Shown here piece after piece: positions 34,331 through 42,886 of a stretch of 64,000 bases of DNA (its first letter is position 1; each line of letters starts with the position of its first letter). Under the pieces are notes generated by a model that searched no databases, was not told the origin of the DNA, and worked only from the letters and a program-made list of their open reading frames with translations. The position numbers and the translations under genes are program-made. Origin of the DNA: Candidatus Brocadiaceae bacterium (lineage in GTDB: Bacteria > Planctomycetota > Brocadiia > SM23-32); contig PUMJ01000017.1 of the NCBI GenBank assembly GCA_003551305.1, positions 3,232-67,231 of the forward strand, given 5' to 3'.

Positions 34331-35434
34331 TCAGTGGTCGTCCGCCACATGGCGGGACTCCTCGGCCAGCCGCCGCAGGCTCAGCCCCCTCCACCAGAGC
34401 ACGGCCAGCCCGACCACGGTTATCGGCACCACGTTGATGACCCACAGCATGAAGGCGAAGGCGCCGGCCGGGCCGCGGGTCACCCCGTAGAGGCTCACTC
34501 CCGCCATTGCCGCCACCTGGAAGACGCCCACGAAGCTCGGCGCCTGCGGCAGCAGCACCGCCAGCGTGATCAGCACCTGCACCAGCACCGCCCCCCCGAA
34601 GGGCAGCGCCAGCCCGAACCCCTGCGCCAGGCTCCACGTGCTCAGCGGGTAGCAGAACCAGAGCGCCAGTGTCAGCACCAGCCCCGCCGCCACCCCCCGA
34701 GGGCTTTTCATGAATGCCAGCGACTGCACGACCGAGTCCGAGAACTCCAAGACCACGTCCGACCACTCCCGCGGCAGCGGCCTCAGCAACAGCCGCAGCA
34801 GCCGCAGCATGCGCTCCGGCTGAACCGCCACGGCCAGCAGCGCGAGCAGCCCGGCCAGCGCCAGCCCCCCCACCCACGGCGCGTGGGCCCGCAGCCGCGC
34901 CGGCCAGTCTACAGCCCGCCCCTCGGGTTCCTCCACCCGCACGGCGGCCGCTTGCTCGGCCTGGGGCGCCGGAGCGCCCTGCTCGGCAGGCCCGGGCAGC
35001 AACACCAGGGCCAGGAACACCAGGAGGAAGGAACCCATCATGTCGAACACCCGCCCCAGGCCGAAATCGGACCCGGCGGCGTGCCCGAAGTCCAGGTCGG
35101 TGGTGCGGCTCAGCACGTAGGGGCGGATGACCTCCCCGGCCCGCAGCGGCAGCACGCAGGTGGACATGAACCCGATCAGCGTCGCCTCCGTCACGTGCCG
35201 GTAGGGTATGTCCTTCAGCGGCTTCAAAAACAGCCGCCACCGCACGATGCGCAGGGCATACATGACGGCGATGAACCCCACGGCCGGGACCACGTAAAGG
35301 TAGTTGGCCCCGGTGAGGGAGGCCGCGACGTTGCCCCAGTGGCCGCGCAGAGCCCCTATGAAAACCGCCAGCGCGGCCCCGCTCAGCACCACTCCGCCGC
35401 CCAGGGTGAGCCGACGTCTCCAGCGCGCTTGCAT
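34331..35434 (-). CDS. Flippase-like / lysylphosphatidylglycerol-synthase TM-region family membrane protein (UPF0104)
   Basis: Polytopic membrane protein of ~370 aa with the R/K-rich N-terminus and LPxRxGE loop (LPLRAGEV) typical of this family. Start chosen at ATG 35434. Confidence 0.5.
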   Translation of the reverse strand: MQARWRRRLTLGGGVVLSGAALAVFIGALRGHWGNVAASLTGANYLYVVPAVGFIAVMYALRIVRWRLFLKPLKDIPYRHVTEATLIGFMSTCVLPLRAGEVIRPYVLSRTTDLDFGHAAGSDFGLGRVFDMMGSFLLVFLALVLLPGPAEQGAPAPQAEQAAAVRVEEPEGRAVDWPARLRAHAPWVGGLALAGLLALLAVAVQPERMLRLLRLLLRPLPREWSDVVLEFSDSVVQSLAFMKSPRGVAAGLVLTLALWFCYPLSTWSLAQGFGLALPFGGAVLVQVLITLAVLLPQAPSFVGVFQVAAMAGVSLYGVTRGPAGAFAFMLWVINVVPITVVGLAVLWWRGLSLRRLAEESRHVADDH

Positions 35435-35818
35435 CGAATTCCCCTGTCTGCCCGAAAGGGGCAATGTATCAGAGACGTTACACCCCCGCAACAGACCTCG
35501 CCGACGGGAGAGCAGCGGCCCCGCCGGCGGCCCCGGTCTTTCCCCGCGCCGGGCGGAGCCGTGGATGTCATCCTGAGTTCGCCGAACGGCGCAGCGAAGA
35601 ATCTCGCCGTTCAGGCGCGCAATGGACTGCGGCGTAGAGGTTCTTCGTCAGGGCTCCGCCTCTCCTCAGAATGACAGCGTTCTTTCCGGCTACACATTGC
35701 TTTTGCAGGTCTCCACAGTTTCGTTGGTCGGTCTTGAACCGGCCCTCGTGCCGTTTCTGCTCGTTCTCGGCGCGCCGCTGCGTTGAGTCGAGGACTACGA
35801 CCGGGAGCGGGCGCTCTA

Positions 35819-35846
35819 ATTGACACCGTTAAGCGCCCCGATATAA
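35819..35846 (+). promoter_or_regulatory. Near-consensus sigma70 promoter upstream of purM (TTGACA, 16 nt spacer, TATAAT)
   Basis: TTGACA at 35819-35824 and TATAAT at 35841-35846. Confidence 0.45.
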
Positions 35847-35910
35847 TAAAGAATCTGGCCTCCAACGGCCGCTGTTCTCGTCCTTTCCCCCGCCCCTTTC
35901 GGGAGCCCCG

Positions 35911-36978
35911 ATGAGTCCTGTCACCTACAGGGACGCAGGCGTTGACATTGAGAAAGGGGAGCGGTTCGTCGAGAGCATCGCGCAGGCCGTTGAGAGCACC
36001 TTCGGGGAGCGCGTCATGGCCAACCCCGGCGGGTTCGGGGCGCTGTTCTCCCTCGATTATGACGAGGATCTGTTCCGCCGTAACTACGCCCATCCCATCC
36101 TGGTCAGCTCCACCGACGGCGTCGGTACCAAGCTCAAAGTCGCCTTCATGACCGGCCGTCACGATACCGTGGGCACGGACCTTGTGGCCATGTGCGTCAA
36201 CGACGTCCTGGTGCAGGGGGCGGAGCCGCTCTTCTTCCTGGACTACCTGGCCACGGGCCGGCTGGAGCCCGGGGTGCTGCAGCAGGTGGTGAGCGGGATA
36301 GCGACCGCCTGCAAGCAGGCCGGCTGCTCCCTGCTGGGCGGGGAGACGGCCGAGATGCCGGGCTTCTACGGCGAGGGCGAGTACGACATGGCCGGCTTTG
36401 TGGTGGGCGTGGTCGAGCGGGACCGGCTTATCACCGGCCGGAAGGTCCGCCCCGGCGACGTCATCATCGGCCTGCCTTCCAGCGGCCTCCACTCCAACGG
36501 CTACTCGCTGGTGCGCAGGCTGCTGTTCGAGCAAGAGGGCATGGAGTGCGGGGACTCGCTGGAGCGTTTCGGCATCCCACGCACTGTCGCAGAAGAACTG
36601 CTGACGCCCACACGCATATACGTCCGGGCCGTGCGCCGCGTGCTGCACCGCTACCGCGTCAAGCAGGTGGTGCGTGGCATCGCCCACATCACCGGCGGCG
36701 GCCTGGTGGAGAACATCCCGCGGGTGCTGCCCGAGGGCTGCGGGGCGGAGCTGGACTCGTCCGCCTGGCGGCGCCCCCCCATCTTTGAGCTAATCCGGGA
36801 GCTGGGCCAGGTGCCGACCGAGGAGATGTACCGCACCTTCAACATGGGGCTGGGCCTGGTGCTGATGGTGTCCCCCTATTTCGTCGAGAGCGTGATGCGA
36901 CAACTGAGGCGGCACGGGGAGGAACCCGTCGTGGTCGGGCGGGTGGTGGAGGGCCGAGACGAGATGACCATTATCTGA
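35911..36978 (+). CDS. purM: Phosphoribosylformylglycinamidine cyclo-ligase (AIR synthetase)
   Basis: YRDAGVDI...GGFGALF...DGVGTK...GGETAEMPG is the classic PurM pattern over the full length. Confidence 0.9.
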   Translation: MSPVTYRDAGVDIEKGERFVESIAQAVESTFGERVMANPGGFGALFSLDYDEDLFRRNYAHPILVSSTDGVGTKLKVAFMTGRHDTVGTDLVAMCVNDVLVQGAEPLFFLDYLATGRLEPGVLQQVVSGIATACKQAGCSLLGGETAEMPGFYGEGEYDMAGFVVGVVERDRLITGRKVRPGDVIIGLPSSGLHSNGYSLVRRLLFEQEGMECGDSLERFGIPRTVAEELLTPTRIYVRAVRRVLHRYRVKQVVRGIAHITGGGLVENIPRVLPEGCGAELDSSAWRRPPIFELIRELGQVPTEEMYRTFNMGLGLVLMVSPYFVESVMRQLRRHGEEPVVVGRVVEGRDEMTII

Positions 36979-37000
36979 ACCCGCTGAGCAGGTGAGCCCG

Positions 37001-39619
37001 ATGCGAGGGGAGCGCGAAACAGACACCGACGCCCTTATGGCGCGCTACGGTATCGGCCGGCGCCTGGCCACGCGTGTGGTGGCGCTGCTGGCGGGCCGGC
37101 TGGACGCCACGCCAATCGTCCTGGACGAGGCCGGCCGCCAGAACGCCCTCTCCCGGCTTTTGCTGGACAGGCGCCTCGTCAGCACCCCCGAGTCCGTAAC
37201 GCAACAGTACCTGCAGCAGCGCGCCGAAGAACTGGGCTTTGCGGAAGCGGACCTGCTGCGACTGGTGGAAGACCCCGACTCGGGCTGGCGCACCGTGGCG
37301 CTGGAGGACGACCTGCTGGCCGCCGACGCCCGCCAGGCCGGGGACGCCACCGAGGAACTGGGTCTGGTGAAGCGGACGCCAGGCGAGATGAGCGCCACCG
37401 AGACCGGCGAGCTGTTCACCCCCCAGGAGGTCGCCCAGTTGAAGCTGGCCGCCCTGACCAGCCAGGATCCCGACGAACGCGTCGAGAACCTGCGCAAGCT
37501 CGTCTTCGCCCCGCTGGAGGGGTCCGGAAAGGCCGCCATCTTCGTCAGCGTGCTCACCGACCGCGAGGCCGCCCCCAGGGTGCGCCGGGAGGCGGTCCGG
37601 TCCCTGGAGCAGATCGGGTTCCGCTCGGACATGGCCGAGGCCGTGCGCGGGCTGTTCAGCGAGAACGCCGAGGACGCCGTCTACGCCATCCAGAGGCTGG
37701 CGGCGCTGCTTCGGGACGCCGAGAGCGGGGAGGCCGCCCTGGTGCTGGCCGTGCTGCTGGAGGTGCTGGACCAGAGCCAGCAGACCGAGATCGTCCGCCA
37801 GCTTCTGCGCCTGGTGGCCCGCAGCGCCGGCCTGCTGGTGACCAACGCGGAGAAGACCGAGCGTTTCGTCCAGTCCGCCCTCCGGCAACTGGAACGCCAT
37901 TTCGACGCCCTGCGCCCCGAGGTGCAGGACGCCTTCGAGGCCTGCGCCCGCCAGGAGCCCGAACTCATCGGCGAGATGATGTGGACCGAGCTGCAGCGCG
38001 CCGACAACCCCCGCGTGCGCAGCCTGCTGCTGGGGCTCAGCGAGGCGCTGGCCGCCACGCCCGAGCGGCTGGAAGAGCTGGCCGCCGGCGCCGTTGACCA
38101 GATACTGGACGCCTCCCTGCCCGAGAGCGAAAAAGCAGGGCTGCGCTACGCCCTGGTGCGGCTGGGCGAGAGCGCCGCCCGCACGGTGCTGGAGCGCGTG
38201 GGCCGGGTCGGCGGCGCCCGCCAGGCAGAGCTCATCCGCCTGCTGGACGTGCTCTGCACCGAGAGCGACGTCAGCGACCAGACCGTGGAAGACTCGGTCC
38301 GCACGTTGATTGACTTGCTGAAGCTGGCCGACACCCTGACCCGCCGAAGCGTCGTGCAGGCGTCCGTGCTGGTGGACGAGCGCGTCTCCCCCGAACTGCA
38401 GCAGGAACTGGCCCGCGAACTGCTGACCCTGATGGGGGAGCTGAACCTGCCCGACACCCTGGATATCATCCAGACCGTGCTGGAACAGATAGGCCCCCCG
38501 AGCCTCGGGCCGGCCTGCCGCTTCATGCGCACCAATTACCCCTCGGAGGCCGCCGAGAGGGCGGCCCTCGTGCTGGGCTCCGTCATGCGGGACCATCCCG
38601 GAGCGGCCGACGATGAACTGGCCGCCGACTTGCTCGAGTTCTGCACCGGCTTGCTGGAAGACCCCGGCAACCAGAGCGGCGCCTTCGCGATGGCCATGGC
38701 GGGCGTGGCCGGCTATACGGACTGGGGCCGGCGCGTTTTTGACCAGTGCCTGGACGCCATAAGGGGCAACCTCTGGAAGATGCCCTACAGCATGGACCTG
38801 CTGGACGCGCTGGCCATGCTGGCCGGCTCCCGCAACGCTGAAAAGCGACACCAGGAGAGGCTTTTCGAACTGTTCGACAACCTGGTGCAGTTTCAGGCCG
38901 GCACGGGGCTGGGCACGCGCCGGCAGTCCGAGCAGGGCACCGTCTATGAGTTCGGCCGGGAGATACAGTTTGACATCCGCGCCATGCCGGCCGCCGTGCG
39001 GGGGCTGGAGAGCATCTGCGTCAGCCCCCAGGCGTCGGCCGCCATGCGCACGCGCATCGTCAAGCGGTTGCTCATCCTGTGGGAAGGCGTCAGCAAGGTG
39101 CGCATCATCTGGGGGCCGGCGGCCATCAGTGCCCTCATAGGGGCGATGTGCAGCGCCGCCTGCGCCCCCGAGGCCACGGTGCAGACGAGGGTCCGGCTCG
39201 GCGAATCACTGCTGCGTTTCCTCAACAAGATGCGCGTCATCGAGGGGCTGGGGCAGATATGCTCACGCCCTGACACCCACCCGGAGGTGCAGCGCATGGC
39301 CGTCGAGACGGGGCTGGAGATGCTGAAGGAGTGGGCGCGTGCCGACGCCCAGGACGCCGAGCGCCGCCTGGCCCTGCTGCAAGCCACGGGGCGCATAGCG
39401 GCCAACACGGCCCTTGACCCCGAGGACGAGGACGTCCGGCTCCTGCGGGAAAAGACACTCAAGGCCCTCTTCAGCGGCCTGCGAGACGGGCAGGAGTCGG
39501 TGCGCGAGCCGCTGGAGCGGCTGCGCGAATGCCCCCACATCGCCCCCGAGCAGAAACGCGAGATTGACGAAAGGCTGAGCAAGGCGTTCGGCCTGGTGCG
39601 CATCGGCCGGCCGGCCTGA
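37001..39619 (+). CDS. Large alpha-helical HEAT/ARM-like repeat protein (hypothetical)
   Basis: Repeated PxVRxxAVRSLxxIG-like HEAT units (PRVRREAVRSLEQIG, ERVENLRKL). No enzymatic motifs recognised. Start is ambiguous between 37001 and 37037. Confidence 0.45.
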   Translation: MRGERETDTDALMARYGIGRRLATRVVALLAGRLDATPIVLDEAGRQNALSRLLLDRRLVSTPESVTQQYLQQRAEELGFAEADLLRLVEDPDSGWRTVALEDDLLAADARQAGDATEELGLVKRTPGEMSATETGELFTPQEVAQLKLAALTSQDPDERVENLRKLVFAPLEGSGKAAIFVSVLTDREAAPRVRREAVRSLEQIGFRSDMAEAVRGLFSENAEDAVYAIQRLAALLRDAESGEAALVLAVLLEVLDQSQQTEIVRQLLRLVARSAGLLVTNAEKTERFVQSALRQLERHFDALRPEVQDAFEACARQEPELIGEMMWTELQRADNPRVRSLLLGLSEALAATPERLEELAAGAVDQILDASLPESEKAGLRYALVRLGESAARTVLERVGRVGGARQAELIRLLDVLCTESDVSDQTVEDSVRTLIDLLKLADTLTRRSVVQASVLVDERVSPELQQELARELLTLMGELNLPDTLDIIQTVLEQIGPPSLGPACRFMRTNYPSEAAERAALVLGSVMRDHPGAADDELAADLLEFCTGLLEDPGNQSGAFAMAMAGVAGYTDWGRRVFDQCLDAIRGNLWKMPYSMDLLDALAMLAGSRNAEKRHQERLFELFDNLVQFQAGTGLGTRRQSEQGTVYEFGREIQFDIRAMPAAVRGLESICVSPQASAAMRTRIVKRLLILWEGVSKVRIIWGPAAISALIGAMCSAACAPEATVQTRVRLGESLLRFLNKMRVIEGLGQICSRPDTHPEVQRMAVETGLEMLKEWARADAQDAERRLALLQATGRIAANTALDPEDEDVRLLREKTLKALFSGLRDGQESVREPLERLRECPHIAPEQKREIDERLSKAFGLVRIGRPA

Positions 39620-39632
39620 CGGCGGCCGGCTG

Positions 39633-41051
39633 CTACTCGGCGGGGGCCCTCCGGGGGGCGGCCTCGCCGTCCCTGCGGGCGATCTCCGCCCCGACCTTCT
39701 TCCATCGGCCCCAGCGGAACAGCACCGCCGAGCTGACCCCGGCCATCACGTTGGAGGCGAAGATGGCTATCCACACCCCCCGCGCCGAGGAGAGCGCCGC
39801 GCTGAGCCCAAAGGCCAGGGGCAGCCCTACCACGAGGAGGGAGAACGCCTTCACCAGCATCGGCACCAGCGTGTCGCCCGCCCCCGCCATGCCCTGACCG
39901 AGCACAAACTCCGTGGCCATGAAGACGAACGACGCCGAGAACCACAGCAGCACCTCCGCCCCCATCGTGACCACCTCCGGCTCGTCGTTGAACAGGGCGA
40001 TGATCCTGTCCGGCATGGCCCAGAACACCCCCATGAAGACCAGGCAGATGGCGGCCGCCATGCCGGTGCCCATCCAGCCGGCCCTGGCGGCGCGGCCGGG
40101 CTGGCGGGCGCCCAGGTTCTGACCGATGACGGCGGCCGCCGCCGTCCCGAACCCGATGCTGGGGGCGAACATCACGATCTGCAGCCGCATGGCGATGCCG
40201 TAAGCGGCCACCGGCACCGTGCCGAAAGCGGCCACTATCCGCATCAGCAGCAGCCCCGCCACGTTCCGCACGAACATGCGGCCGGAGGCAAAAACGCCGA
40301 TGCGTAGGATGCGCCATATGCGGACCGGGTTGGGCCGCAGGTCCCGCAGATGCAGGCGGAACGGCCCGCTGCGCGAGATGAAAAAGACGTACACCATCAC
40401 CACCAGCCCCGTGCTGCGCCCCACCAGCGTGGCCCAGGCCGACCCGGCCACACCCAGCGCCGGCAAGCCCAGCAAGCCGAAAATGAGGATCGGGTCCAGC
40501 ACGAGGTTGACGGCGTTGCCCAGGACCATCGCCTTGAAGGGCGTCATGGCATCCCCCGCCCCGCGCAGCGCGGCGCTCAGCGCCATCATTGTCATCAGGG
40601 CCAGCGAGCTGACCGCGAAGATGCGCAGGTAAGGGGTTCCCTCGGCGACGACGGCGGAGTCCGCGCCCATCAGGCGCAGTATCGGCCCGGCCAGGGGCAC
40701 GCCGAAGGCGACCACCAGCAGGGCCAGGAACAGGCCCATCAGCAGGCTCTGGCCGGTGGCGTCCCGAGCGGCCTCCTCGTCCCCCCGTCCCAGCGCGTTG
40801 GAGACCAGCGCCATCGTGCCGGTGGTCACGCCCGTGCCGAGCATGATGATGATGCCCATGATGATGCCGCTCATGGCGACGGCGGCGACGGCCTCCTTGC
40901 CCAGCCTGCCGACGAAAAAGAGGTCCACTATGCCCAGCAGATCATGGGTCAGGAAAGCGCCCCAGGTCGGCAAAGTCAGGCGCCAGAGGGCGCGGGGGAT
41001 GCTGCCTTCGAGTATCTGTTCGGTGGGGACCTGACCTCGCACCTGGCCCAT
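39633..41051 (-). CDS. MATE family efflux transporter
   Basis: 12-TM protein with N- and C-lobe MATE repeats (FFVGRLG, PxxxAxxxNL motifs). ATG at 41051 overlaps the upstream tetR stop by 1 nt. Confidence 0.8.
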   Translation of the reverse strand: MGQVRGQVPTEQILEGSIPRALWRLTLPTWGAFLTHDLLGIVDLFFVGRLGKEAVAAVAMSGIIMGIIIMLGTGVTTGTMALVSNALGRGDEEAARDATGQSLLMGLFLALLVVAFGVPLAGPILRLMGADSAVVAEGTPYLRIFAVSSLALMTMMALSAALRGAGDAMTPFKAMVLGNAVNLVLDPILIFGLLGLPALGVAGSAWATLVGRSTGLVVMVYVFFISRSGPFRLHLRDLRPNPVRIWRILRIGVFASGRMFVRNVAGLLLMRIVAAFGTVPVAAYGIAMRLQIVMFAPSIGFGTAAAAVIGQNLGARQPGRAARAGWMGTGMAAAICLVFMGVFWAMPDRIIALFNDEPEVVTMGAEVLLWFSASFVFMATEFVLGQGMAGAGDTLVPMLVKAFSLLVVGLPLAFGLSAALSSARGVWIAIFASNVMAGVSSAVLFRWGRWKKVGAEIARRDGEAAPRRAPAE

Positions 41052-41707
41052 CAGTCCGTCCCCCTCTCGACCGCGGAGCGACGGACGGCGCGGATGCCCG
41101 CCAGGCAGAAGCGCGCCACGTGCTCGGCGTAGGCGTGCAGGTCATCGAGAGCGGCGGGGGCGGAGTCGTCCTCACCCTCGCCCGCGCTGCGGCGGCGCAG
41201 CATCACGTTTATGCACTGGCTCACGATGCTGAGCCTGCAGAAGTCCACCGTCCGCTCCGAGGCCCCGGGGCCGAGCAGGGCCCGCACCAGCGCGCGCATC
41301 TCCTCCTGGAGCGGGCGGATGCACTCGCGCCGCACCTCCTCCAGCAGCGGCGTGGGGCTTGTCATCTCGCGCAGGGCGATTATGAACGCCTGGTTGCCCT
41401 CGTCGGCCATCCTGTGGATCATGGCCCTGATGCGGCCGCGCAGGCGCTCCTCGGGCGGGGCGTCCGCCGGCACGCCGCCGTCCGGGGGATGGGCGCGTAC
41501 CGCCCGGCGGAAAGCCGTGCGCCACGCCTCCGCGTAGAGGGACTCCTTGCTGCCGAAGTAGTAGTTGACGGCTGCGATGTTGGCGTCCGCGCGGCGGCAT
41601 ATCTCGTGGATGGTCGCGGCCTCGAAGCCGGCCTCGGCAAAGACCTCGATGGCGCTCTCGAGAACCCTCTCGCGCGTCGCAGAGCTCGAAGTGCTATCCC
41701 CGGGCAT
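41051..41707 (-). CDS. TetR/AcrR family transcriptional regulator
   Basis: N-terminal HTH RERVLESAIEVFAEAGFEAATIHEICRRADANIAAVNYYFGSKESLY. ATG at 41707. Confidence 0.75.
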   Translation of the reverse strand: MPGDSTSSSATRERVLESAIEVFAEAGFEAATIHEICRRADANIAAVNYYFGSKESLYAEAWRTAFRRAVRAHPPDGGVPADAPPEERLRGRIRAMIHRMADEGNQAFIIALREMTSPTPLLEEVRRECIRPLQEEMRALVRALLGPGASERTVDFCRLSIVSQCINVMLRRRSAGEGEDDSAPAALDDLHAYAEHVARFCLAGIRAVRRSAVERGTD

Positions 41708-41732
41708 GCTGGTTCCAGAAAAGGGGCAACTC

Positions 41733-41757
41733 AAATGGCCGTTTCAAAGGGCCATTT
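41733..41757. promoter_or_regulatory. Candidate TetR operator: 8-bp inverted repeat AAATGGCC-N9-GGCCATTT
   Basis: Perfect inverted repeat 26-50 bp upstream of the tetR ATG, in the tetR-MATE promoter region. Confidence 0.4.
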
Positions 41758-41928
41758 TACATCCGTGCCGCGCCGACCGTCAAACCCCGAAGGATGGCAT
41801 GTCTGACAGGCAGACGCGTGCCCGGGGCGCAGTACGTGTCCGGCGTGTAGTCGGTCCGGTGAATCGCGGGCGCAAGGATGCCCCCGTCTGGCCGGCTCTG
41901 CTGGGGCGTGGGGCGCCACCCGTCCGCC

Positions 41929-42828
41929 TCAGGCCGGCTCTTTTCCCTCTTCGTCCTCTCCGCTCAGCACGCCGGTGTGCTCCGGCCGCCAGCCCCAGTC
42001 TGCCTCGATCTTCGAGATGTCCACCAGGCTTTCCATCTCGTCGGCCGGCACCCGCAGCGGCACGCCGGGGTAGAACTCCTCGATTATCTCGGGAAGGGGC
42101 TTGCCGACGGGTGTGTCCGGGGCAGCGGGGAAGAGCTGATGGTAACCGGGTGTGGTCTTCTGCACAATGGCGAGGACAAGGGAGGCGGCGTCTTCCACGT
42201 GCAGGTAGCTGAAGCCCTCGTCCAGGTTGGCGTAGCGCAGTCGCCGTCCGAACCCGGCCATCCGGCGGAACCAGCGCCGGTAGCGGTCGTGGAACAGGAA
42301 GGGGAACCTGACGGCGGCGCAGCAGAGTTCCGGATGCAGCCGCGCGTAATAGCGGAGCTGGTTCTCCCCGGCCTCCTTGCTCAGGGCGTAGGTGTTGCCG
42401 GGGCAGCAGGGGGCGTCTCCGTCTATGGGTAGGTAAGCCAGGCAGCTCGGCTTGTCCAGGTCGTCCGGCCCGTGGCGCGTGCCGGCCATCGCCTGCACCG
42501 AGCTTGAGAAGACGATACACCGGGCGCCGACATCCACGGCGGCCTGGAAGACGTTGATGTCCATGGACACGTTCTCCCGGTAAAGCTGCTGCGGGGAGAC
42601 GTGGCTGTGGGGGCCGGGATGGTTGGCCAGGTGCACGACGGCGTCGCAGCCTTCGGCCAGCGGGTAGACGGCCCGGCCGTCCAGCAGGTCGCGCAGCTCG
42701 AGCCGTACCGGCAGGTCCCGGCGGTAGTTGATGTCCGTGGCGCGGACCTCGAAGCCCGCCTCGCAGAGGGCGGACACCGTCTGCGAACCGAGCCGCCCGG
42801 CGGCGCCGGTCACGAGCACTGTTGTCAT
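41929..42828 (-). CDS. NAD-dependent epimerase/dehydratase family protein
   Basis: VLVTGAAGRLG Rossmann motif; catalytic YxxxK (YALSK). Confidence 0.7.
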   Translation of the reverse strand: MTTVLVTGAAGRLGSQTVSALCEAGFEVRATDINYRRDLPVRLELRDLLDGRAVYPLAEGCDAVVHLANHPGPHSHVSPQQLYRENVSMDINVFQAAVDVGARCIVFSSSVQAMAGTRHGPDDLDKPSCLAYLPIDGDAPCCPGNTYALSKEAGENQLRYYARLHPELCCAAVRFPFLFHDRYRRWFRRMAGFGRRLRYANLDEGFSYLHVEDAASLVLAIVQKTTPGYHQLFPAAPDTPVGKPLPEIIEEFYPGVPLRVPADEMESLVDISKIEADWGWRPEHTGVLSGEDEEGKEPA

Positions 42829-42886
42829 GGTGCGATTCTCCGTGAGCGGTTGGTGTTCTTCTGGCTTGCTGCCACGCGCGGTGCGT

